Positions 36,401 through 46,636 of a stretch of 64,000 bases of DNA are shown piece after piece; within the stretch, counting starts at the first letter, position 1; the number at the start of each line of letters is the position of its first letter. A program made the position numbers and the translations under genes. Source of the DNA: Lepidodermella squamata (Eukaryota > Animalia > Gastrotricha). The stretch covers positions 5,146,001-5,210,000 of the forward strand of contig JBLDXI010000024.1 of the NCBI GenBank assembly GCA_047495785.1. The letters are read 5' to 3'. The notes beneath the pieces were generated by a model. The model was not told where the DNA came from and did no database searches. It saw only the letters and a list, made by a program, of their open reading frames with translations.

Positions 36401-36500
36401 AGTCTTTGCTTAGCTCTGATAGCTCAAAGGAAATTGAATATTTTTGCAAAATATTGAGTAGAAAAACCGACAGGATATTTAAAATTAACTGCTTAGCCAT
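33464..36500 (-). CDS. Gene C1: Venus kinase receptor-like (VFT + insulin-receptor-like Tyr kinase)
   Basis: NVNNNDSILGGLKLGFYSINSCS, KYPLYSRTVPSD, GAYGES; TM; SGHYGVV, VAVK, HRDLACRN, DFGLSRQLYESDYYK, LPIRW.PPES; last exon YAVMQSCW..RPSF. Confidence 0.9.
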
Positions 36501-37883
36501 CTATTAACTTGAAATCAACGGCTGTTTTTCTACAAATAAGGTATGCGGCTTGCTTATCTTTAAGCGATCTCATGCACCCACAGCATCATATGTCTTGTGT
36601 TAGGCAAATGATTATCACATGCATGCGCTTGCCATCATAAGCTCAAGCTAAATAAAGCAGGCCTTCGGCAGCAAAAAAGCACGTGGCAAACAACAGTGTT
36701 ATTATCCAAACCCACTTTTCAGAGCCGACCCGCTCCACGTTTTAAATAAGACTGTAGACCAGTGCTCCGCAAACGTTTTTCACCGCGGGCGAAAAGCCTC
36801 AGCTCCGGCTACAGGTGCAATGCAACCCTTCTCCGGCCGCACAAACGTTCTAGGACAACGTTGCTATTGTTAGATCGGTCGCAAGCAAAAGTTTTATAGC
36901 TCCAAGTAAATTCTTTTGTAGCAACTGTATGCCTGCGAGAGTATTATTGCAGTTAGCGCGGACGTGTTGATTAATTCCCTCTGGCCTTGAAAACGTGAAG
37001 ACGAGACAACTACGCCAAATACTTCCCCAAAAGTCAAGACTTTAGTCAAGAGAGGCTACTGTTGTTTGGGGTGAATTGGGCGAATTAGCCGGAAAGTGAT
37101 GTCGCTGCATTATTTTTGATAGCTCTAAAACTTTAAGTCTGATCATAGTAAAAATTTGTAAAAATGATCTTCAATAGATCCCCTACATCTGTAGAAAGTT
37201 GCAGCTAGTTATGTCCCATAATCCGTTAACGGCAAGCCGGTATTAACAGGTGAGTTTAGGCGGGTAAAAACGACCCATATGAATTGAGCTATCTGAAACC
37301 AATTGAAGGGCTTTGAGTTTGAATCACATTTTTTCCTTCGACCATTTTCTTTGGTGATAACAGAGAAGAAACCGCAACCCGAGGCGATTCACAGGTATGG
37401 CCAGGTAATTGCGCCCGAATTGCCCCGTGGAAAATTCGATTATAGGGGCGAATTGATCTTTTGGTTTTATTTGTGTATTTAATTATGGGTCTAAATAAGT
37501 GCACCACCTAAAATGAGGTTCCAGCACTAAATTGCAATTTGTAATTGAGTGCGTTTACCTAATTTGCAAACAGCTCGTACTAAATCATTTGGGCACCTAA
37601 ATATGAGTCCCAGCACTAAATATCAGCATTCAGTGCCTATTACAGTGCTCCCTCGATAAAAGCACTGGGTCGGGAGCCAGACCCGGTCTTTAAACAAGGG
37701 AAGGCTATAACGAGGGCTGTAATTGAATGCAGAAGCTAAAAATAGACCGTTTCTACGTCTTAAGATAGTTGCCATGCCAACGCGCAGAAAGAGACGGACA
37801 CGGATTACGTGTCATGACAAATTTCGCTCGCTGAAGGCTGTGAAACAATAACACTATGAATCATAAGTTCGTCGCAAAGTTTG

Positions 37884-37971
37884 TTTCTGAGTTGCCTGGG
37901 CGGCTTTGATTTGACTGGCTGGCCTTGTTTCTTTACTCTGATTTTAAGTCCTGCCTGGGGTTAAGGAACTC
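37884..37971 (+). repeat. 88-bp segment with an exact inverted copy at 40254-40341
   Basis: Direct base-by-base comparison. Confidence 0.9.
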
Positions 37972-39394
37972 AGAATAAAAACAAAACCTGGAATCTCATT
38001 ATTTCAATTCACTTCAAAATGCCCAGCTCGTCTGATTTCGCAAACAATTTCATTTGAAATCACAGCTTAGAAAATCAATCACCTTGGTCAAGATTGACCA
38101 GAATACTTCTGAATGAATCAGCAGCAAATTCAGCCTAACATTCTCAGAAGTCATGCTTCGCCTAAAATTCCTAGAAATATTTAAAAAAATGACTAATTAA
38201 TATGAAATTTGAAAAAAATTAAGATGAATTATGAATTTTCGATAATTCTTTCGTGGTTAACCTGAATTTTTCTTTTTTAAATTCATCACATTAATGGCAT
38301 TGAGCAATTACGGACTAATTTCAAGGCATAAGACGTGTGGTTCAACAGGGAACGATTCGATAGGTGGTTCGATTGAATGGAATAAATTTGGATCTTCTCA
38401 GGCGTGATCTGATTTTCATTCGACTGGCCTTAAGATCAGAGCAAGGTAAAAAATCGGGCAGAAGCTCCCGCCGCCCCTCCACGGGATGTTGCGATTTTCG
38501 AAGTCAAAATCGAATAGTTCAGCCATAGTTCAGCCAAGAATTAAAAATAATTTTCAAAATTTTTTGATGAACACTTTGGGGCGATGAAAATAATTTTAAT
38601 CTGAGAATAGTTGAACCTATTAAATAATTTAATTAATATTTACCTGGGGCTCTTGTGTCGTCCATTGTCGTCGCTAGCTCAAATGTCGAGCTTATTGGCT
38701 CAATAGTCTCGCGCGCGTATTTGTCGTTGAAAAATTTGGGCCGAAATGTTGTTGGACGCAAAAGTCGCGACCGGAATCGTCGCCACACCAATAAAATAAC
38801 CAAGTTAGAAAAAGTAAATATAAATGTGGCTACTGGGAGTCGAACCAATACCCACAGGGCGAATTGAAATACATACATTTTGGGAATCAAGACCCTTGGA
38901 AACGTGTAAAAATGCAATACAATCAGAGGGCTGCCAAACTAGCCCCAATCGACGGTATTGCTTAAGAGGTACCCAAAACGGGCCACACAGTTCACAGTTG
39001 TGACTCAAGGATCCAGGGTGTGAGGAAGAGCAGCAAAGCTGGTGTATCGTGACACCCCACCTTCGAGATGCCAACGGCAGGAAGGCCGAAAACAGCAACA
39101 GGACCCTTTGATGTTGTCGGCTAGACACTGTGACTACGACTGCGGGTCAAAACTTTGAATTCGCGTAATTTTTGCCCTCATGCAACCTTATATGAGGGCG
39201 AAAGGTTGTTGACACATATGACCCATCAAAGTGATGTGCGAGCGAAGCGAGCTTTAGCTAACGGAATTTTACTGTAACTTTGGCTGTAAATAGTGAAAAT
39301 AAATTATAATAGTGCAGGCTGATTTCCGCGGATAATGATCGTGCCAATCGAGGCATCCGGCCGCATGCCAGAAATCCCACCGGCCGCCATTAAC

Positions 39395-39985
39395 AAACCG
39401 GACGCCATTAAATCGTCCCAAGATCGAGCCAGCAAAATCATCTACGGCGCTCATCGTTTGGCGGATCCGGCCCCGCTTCGGCATCGACTTAGATGGCTTA
39501 CTGTCAACCAGAAACATGCGGTACACCTATGCACATTCATGTAGAAGAGCCTGCACGAGATGGCGCCGGACGACTTCAAGTCGATGTTCAAACTGAGCGA
39601 TCGCAGCCACGGCTATAACTGTCGCAATTTCGAGCCGATGTTCAAGCCGAGCTTCACTACCGATACCAAGCGCGGCCAGCTGAGCTTGTCGTACAGGGGC
39701 CCACATCGGTGGAATGAAATGACTTCGATCGTTCACGACGCGCAATCTGCAAAGGCGTGTCGCGAAGCTGCGTACGCACACTTCAACGCCAGCTATGTCG
39801 AAAAACCATAGTTAATAATATGTAATATTTTGTATTTTGCTCTGTTTGTTGTTTCCTCTACAACATTTTCCTGTCCTAAATGTCTAAATGTGATCCTGTC
39901 CTGCAATTATATGTTGTTTTCCTTATACTTTGTCAAGCTTCCCTCTCTTGGGTGTAATAGCTTCTAAATAAATAAATAAATAAAT
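39395..39985 (+). mobile_element. 5'-truncated non-LTR retrotransposon 3' end (CR1/L2-group-like), degenerate
   Basis: QDRASKII..LRWL..M*K.L..P..F..RGQLSLSYRGP..WN ORF2 C-terminal pattern with an in-frame stop; (TAAA)n tail at ~39966-39984. Confidence 0.75.
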
Positions 39986-40069
39986 TTGTTGTTACCCAAG
40001 AAACTGTTCCCTATCCGCGGACAGTCGCCCCGCGAAAAACAGTCATGAGTCATGAAGGAGAGCACCGTT

Positions 40070-40256
40070 GATCACACCGTTGATAAGCGCCGTCTCACGT
40101 AGTCACATTTCCAATATTGAATATCTAGTGAAGGATCTTCGGGCTGATCTCATGCAGACTGACGAACTGGGCTCATTGGCCACACACATTGCGGCGGAAA
40201 TGGACCAGTTGGAGGCGTTGAAAAAGCTGTTGGAACTACAGCCGAGTCTACTAGAG
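40070..40256 (+). pseudogene. Fragment of the ankyrin gene (copy of 25436-25622)
   Basis: 6 differences in 187 bp by eye, 5 synonymous; no start codon, truncated. Confidence 0.85.
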
Positions 40257-40341
40257 TTCCTTAACCCCAGGCAGGACTTAAAATCAGAGTAAAGAAACAA
40301 GGCCAGCCAGTCAAATCAAAGCCGCCCAGGCAACTCAGAAA
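40254..40341 (-). repeat. Inverted copy of 37884-37971
   Basis: Exact reverse complement. Confidence 0.9.
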
Positions 40342-40924
40342 AAAAAAGAAAATAAAAAGGCCTACAACATATGCTTGCGATTGTGGATATTATTCCTGAA
40401 TAAAAAGTATTAAGAATTTGTTGGAAATCAGCTATACTTTAGAGAAAATCTGCAGACTTAATATATGAAATCTGGCAGGTCTGAAGTACAGTGTATGATT
40501 AAAAGATGATAGAGTGACACCCAGCCTCCAGCAGATTCAAATTTTCGACCAATCTTCGCGGACAGGAAAGTGACCATGAAACATTGCCTCATTATACCTG
40601 GCTTACAATTTTGCCAGCTCGGTCGGCCAATTTCGAGTAATTTTGATTAAATCATACCCGTTTATTTGTTAGGAAAATTCGGATAGGCATTTCGACAACC
40701 AACGGGTCTCTTTCAACAGGAAGATTAAAGAAAAAATCATTTAGTAATTAATACTGCTGTTTGTAGCCGAAATGACACTTCCGGGCGCAAGGTCAAATGA
40801 AGTTAATTTTGTATTATTTCCGATGTCATTTTCTATTATTGTACGATGCCGAATGATGGCGAAACCATTGCCGTAGAATAAGTCACCAGAAACTTAAGAT
40901 CGGATCCCGATGTTTGGGGATTGC

Positions 40925-42932
40925 TCATCGCTTGGTGGGTTTCTTTGGCCAATGTTGCAAGCATTGCACGATATAGAAAACCATCATCGCAGTCATGCAA
41001 ATTATGAGAAACGACAGTACACAAGCCGTTACGATAATCGCAGTTCGATAGCCATCGTTAGTCTGTGATACCGTTGCAGTCGACACTTTAGGGCAGATTC
41101 GGCCATCAACTTGCAAGATATACATTTACTTACATCATTGAATAGCGGATGATCAAAATACCTGAATGGCCTGGAATCATGACATCGCAGGCTCCATTGT
41201 TCAGAATAGTTACGGATGAAATGCGGCACGAATTCGGGCATAGCAAGCTGCTGGCGAATCGGGTCCAGAAACACGAAAAGTCAGTCCCGCCAATAAGAGT
41301 CAGCCCTTTATTATAGCTCCACATCGCGACTTCCTCAGATATTGTTACATTTTGATCCTCATTACTCCGGTAAAACTTGAATAAATATTTTCCATCAGCT
41401 TCCATGTTTGAATTTAAGCTAAAGCCTTGCGTTGATGTATTTCCTAACAATTTATAAATCGCCTCCCCCTTTGTCATAAGATTCGCAATCCGACCAGCGC
41501 ATCTTTCACGCAGAGTGCTGTTTGCCCTTTTAGGGCAGTTCTCCTCTAAATAACCTCGAAGAGTTCCTGCGGCAAGTCTAACTGCTTGATCCACTTGTTC
41601 GAGATACAGACTAGTTGGAATGTCGTCAATTGTAAGACTTCTTACACCTTGGGATATTGCTTTTCTTTCTTCAACGCCAGTCTCGAGCTGATAAGTTGTG
41701 TAAGAGCAGTTGTTATTGCGGCACTGCAGCCACTCACGAACCCATTCGTTTCCCATCCCCTGAGTGGAGATTTGCTTGTGAGCCCACTGCTGAAATTCTT
41801 CGGCTATTACTCGCGTATTCACCTGCAGTTTGAGAACTGAAACTCGGCGGCTCGTTAGATCAGCTGATTTCAGCTGATCGTCTTCAACATGTGCACTTGA
41901 TATTACAAGGATTGGCCTACCATCTTTCAAGCCGTTGAGAGTAGTAATCACGAATCTCAACTGTTTTGGATTGCAGAAACAAATAAGAATAGCTGCTGAG
42001 TTTGCCACACTCTGAATCACTTCATTTATTGACGAGTTAGACTTATCCAGTTTCGTCCTACTCATTATACAAATGCCGACCTGGCTGAGATGTTGCTGTA
42101 GTAACTGGTCCCCAGACTCGCCGTACAGCCCTGGAGAATAAGCAACATGGACGCAATTGACGTTGAGGAAATTCGCCAAATAATCAGCGATAGCCATCGT
42201 TTGATGCACATCCGATGGGCTTAATCTTGCGTACAGCGGATACTTCTCTCGATCGCTCAGAACGGACAGCGTCGTGCCAACGTCGATCTTGAAATGGAGA
42301 ACAATTGAGTTAAATTGTCGGCGCATGGTTTCATACCACTGGGACGTCGTACGTTCGATACAGCCTCGTCATTACTTCTGATTCCTCGTTGCCGAATGGG
42401 CCTAACGCGAAAGCGACAGGACCACCAAGAGGAGATGCTTTATATGTCATCCCGAAGAGATCAGTCAGTATGCTCAGCCTCCCATTCGAGACATCTGCCG
42501 AGGAGTAGGGGAAATAATCCAAGAACGCAGTACCACGGAAGTCGAGGATTAACGTGAGTTCAGTTAGAGCTAAGTTCGGAATCGAGCACGTGTCGAATAT
42601 AGTATAACCTAATTTGAGACCGTCAAGAAGAGAAGAATCGTTGTTTACAGCAGCTACACTTCGAATGAATTGTAGGCATAGCGCAAGTGAACTTGGGATT
42701 ATTTCTCCGCAAGCATCTCTGAATTGTTCTAATCAACTGTTAATTTTCGATGAGATAATTACACTCACGTGTTATTTATGGTACTGCGCCGTTCGGGATT
42801 CTCCTTATGAAACGGAAGACTGAGCAGCAATGTAATATCCGAAGCGCCATCTCGCGATATATCAAGCGGACCTTTATTGGCACCAAAGCTGCATGGAGCC
42901 AAAATAACTGCCAAAATCAGCGAGAATAACAT
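40925..42932 (-). CDS. Gene A2: paralog of A1 (VFT + single TM, no kinase)
   Basis: Same exon structure and motifs as A1; ends ...WPKKPTKR*. Confidence 0.85.
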
Positions 42933-42977
42933 TAAATTTCTAAAAGAAAAAAAACTCATTCTTGTTTCAATACTGAT

Positions 42978-45900
42978 TCATTCCGATTCAATAACTTGGC
43001 GAAAATTCCAAACAAAAAACTCCATCATTTCGGTGAAATTAGCTCTTGACCTAAGATCTTCAGCCCAGCATTGAGTGGTTATTCTATCGTACCTAAACAG
43101 TAACTAAGTTTTTTTTTAATGTTTTTGACTGTAAGAACTTACAAAATGTTTGGCATTTCATCCGGTTTAGCCAGTCTTCCGCCTTGAGAGACGAACGCTT
43201 CGACTTCGCCATCTTGACGTCCTGCATACGGCTTCTTACCCGGAGAAAACATTTCCCAAACAACAACGCCGAAAGACCAGACGTCGCCGAGGTTTAAATG
43301 AAAGTCGTAACAGCCGTCTGCCTTGCAATGAAGAGACTCTGGTGGATACCATCGAGCCGGTATGTTTCTCCAAGATGGAATTTTCGATACTGTCTGATCA
43401 TTTCGCAAAATTTCAGCCAGGCCAAAATCTGCAATTTTAGGGGTTAAGGTTGAATCGAGAAGTATATTCCGGCAAGATAGGTCGCGATGCACGCAGCGAT
43501 TTTGCGACAAGTGCTGCATACCATTGGCGATTCCACTCGCAATTTTAAATAGTTCTTCTGTGTTAAGCTTGACGCTCTCTACGTAAGCTTTAAGGCTCCC
43601 ATTCTGCATCCATGGAGTAATCATGTGCGGTTTATCCAGAAAAGTTATTCCGATCAGATCGATCACATTAGAATGGTCAAACTCGGTAATCAAGAGACTT
43701 TCATTGACAAGGTCCAGCCAAGAAATTGATTCATGGCGAATAGGTATTTTGATTGCGACCGGTACATCACTTAATTTCCCAACAATCCACTTTCTCACGC
43801 TCGCCCTGAGGACCAGGCTTGCTCCAGTTTCTGCTATTTTCACATCTTCGTAAGTTAAGCGCTGAATTGGCAGGAATCGCTCTTCCGCCAAATTCGCGAA
43901 CACACCCTCAGACCCCATGCCAATGAGAAACTGTTTCAACCTGCTAGGTTTCACGTCCAACGCCGCAATATAACCGCCAGCTTCACAATTGTCAGCCGGA
44001 ATTTCGATATTAATTACTTTCGGTGGTGTTCGTCTCGGGCGACCTTGGAAATAGGAGTCTTGAATGTAGAGCCGTTCCATACCAAGTGCCCCGATTGCGA
44101 AGCCGTATTCAGGCAGCCTAGCAGTCTTCTTCAGCCTCATCTGACTCTGTGCTAGCCGCTGTTGAGTCCTTTTGACTTTTTGCCGACTTCTCAAACAGAA
44201 AATTATGAAAACAATCGAAATGACCAGCAGCAAAAAGCCGAGGATCGCCCCAACGATAGCTGCCGCATTGTCAGCTTTCGACGTAGTTTGACATGCTGCG
44301 GTCGTTGCGTTTGTTTCGTTAATTGGCGTAGTCACCGATGTTGCGATCGGTCGAATTACTGGACACTGCTTGATCGATATATTCATAGCATTCATTTTCC
44401 GGTCGCAAATATCAGCGGGGCAGGTGGAAGAGGTAAGGCCTGTAAGGCTGTCGAAGGCTGTTCTAGATTCATTGCTATCGATGACACGAATAGCGCGTTC
44501 CCGAAGGTTCCAGGTAGCCATTCTTGTCCACATTGAATCACTACCCATTGAGTAAAATGCATAGCTTGCTGGTGGACTTCCATCTTTCTCCCAAGAAAAC
44601 GGCAGTCCCAGTGAGGTAGGGTCCATTTCGTAAACATGGCTTTCTAACCTCGAAGAATTTGCGAAAACATCATCTCTGTTGACCAAGCAGTTGAATAAGT
44701 TTTCTTTTTTAGCAGCACAGTATTCTTTCCCCACTTTCTCCATAGTTAGAATGGCTGAGTAAATCGCCGCACCCAAATGATAAGCAAAGCTGTTTAATTT
44801 CATTTCCGCCACACTTCCGCCCTCTAAAACAATAGCAATCATTGCTAGGAATTGCATATAGGCTAATTATCATACCATCGATCCACTTAGAGAGCCAAGG
44901 TTCAGAGTCCAACACAGGCCATTTGGCTAGCCAACTTCGAAAATCACTCTCACCCGGAATCGATCCAAGGAAAGGCGAAATCTTGACTAGACCTACATCC
45001 ACTTTCTCCCTGAAGTTTTCAAATCCTCCGTCAGGATCACTACAAGAGCGCTTGTATTAACTTGGTGAGGAGCAAGGGTTTATCTAGTCACCCTCAACCC
45101 ACCCACAAAATTTGGCTACCCAACCCCAAACTTTCGAGCTTTTTGCTATTTTTGAGCTTTTTAGGTCCATTTTTTACCCCATTTTACGACTACCCACCCT
45201 CAATTTCAAAAGGCTAGATAAACCCTTGGTGAGGATTGAACTTTTTTCAAACGCACCTCGCCAAAACAATTTTGATGCTTGTTTTTCGTCCTCTGAGTGC
45301 TTTCATAAGTTCGGATAATGTATTTGTTCGACAAAGGCAAACGACGTGAGTAGCAGAGGTGTTGAGTGCCTGGAAGGGAGTTTTGGAATCTATTTCACCG
45401 GCAACACACAGCCCAGTGTTTCTGAAGGCGGTCCTTAGATCTTCGACTGCGGATCGGTCAATAAAATTCGTGTCGTCATAGATTACGAGCGTGCACGTTT
45501 GATTAAAAGCATCGACTAATAAATCTTCGATAGCAATTGCTAAGCTCTTATCGTCTGGGCTGGTCCTTGCGTATCGAGGATACTTCGTTTTGTCGCCTAG
45601 CTCGCTGAACGAGCCGCTGAAATCAACCTGTAAATGAACAACTTAACCATGTCAATACCGGCATTTCCCAACTAACCAAGGTCACTTTGGCAGATTCAAA
45701 AGCTGGTGCAAGGGTGAAAGCGAGCTCAGAATTTGCAGGTCCGATGTAAATCGGGATGGTCATGCGAGGATATGTTGCGGCTAGCGCGCTTTGATTAAAA
45801 AAATGTTCCAGCGCTATAGCAGAATTTGAGCAAGAGTCGATCATGTAAAAACCGACTTTTTGGCCCGAAAGGCCCAAAAATCCGTAATTAAAATTGAATT

Positions 45901-46166
45901 TTTCAAGGTACCAGCGAGCAAATGCCGACAAAACTGCCATGTCGTGGTTTAACTTTCCACATTTTCCGCTGAAATTTAAAACTTTAGGTTTTATGCTTGA
46001 TTGCCAGCAGTGTTTACCTTGATTTATTATCCTGATAGTGGATCGGCAACACGAAGCCCAACCGCAATGGTGTACTTGCCCCGAAATCAGTCTGTTGCAC
46101 CAAGGCCTGTTGCACCAAGGCATTACTCGCAAGGTACGGCAGTAACAATAATACTACAAAATGCAT
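42978..46166 (-). CDS. Gene B2: paralog of B1 (VFT + atypical Tyr kinase)
   Basis: MHFVVLLLLPYLA; same motifs as B1; last exon YDRITTQCW..VIESE*. Confidence 0.88.
45073..45228. mobile_element. hAT-like MITE in a B2 intron
   Basis: Perfect 15-bp TIR CAAGGGTTTATCTAG; 8-bp TSD GTGAGGAG/GTGAGGAT; absent from the equivalent B1 intron. Confidence 0.85.
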
Positions 46167-46239
46167 GCCAAGTAAATAATATTTCTCCTAAATCTTCTCT
46201 ACAAGCCAAATAAACAACATTCCATATGCATATTATTGA

Positions 46240-46636
46240 CACGTTAACTGCCAAAAATTGACTGCGAGATCCGACATTTGGATCCAAATCTTGGGTCTGC
46301 CAAAAAGTCCTTTTTCGGGTCAACAATGCGTCGCAAGGCGAAATGCCTGACGGCAAAGTGTAGACCATGGTCCGGCGGTTCTTTCGACACCAAACTCGGG
46401 TCCTCAAGGTGTGAGCAGGTCTTTAGAAATGACTGTGAAATAGCGTCGAAATTTTGGATTATAGCCAAAAATCAGACCCAAGAAATGTCAAAAGAACCGC
46501 CGGGTCGTGGCCTACACTTTGCCGTCAGGCTTTTAGCTCTACAACGCATCGTTGACCCGAAAAAAAGACTTTTTTACAGACCCAGGATTTGGATCCAAAT
46601 ATCGGATCTAGCAGTCTATTTTTGGCAGTTAAAGTG
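46240..46636. mobile_element. piggyBac-like MITE between C2 and B2
   Basis: ~150-bp imperfect TIRs starting CAC(G/T)TTAACTGCCAAAAA; flanks TTGA/TTAA; absent from copy 1. Confidence 0.82.

Noticed and set aside
37490-37720. Short direct repeats (CACCTAAA..CCAGCACTAAAT) and a Tc1/pogo-like end (TACAGTGCTCCCTCGATAA)
   Set aside because: No partner terminus or TSD found; probably TE debris
45040-45072. Apparent CAG>CAA acceptor mutation that would frameshift B2
   Set aside because: The downstream acceptor CTTGTAG is present in both copies and gives in-frame ILASDPDG, matching the VFT motif
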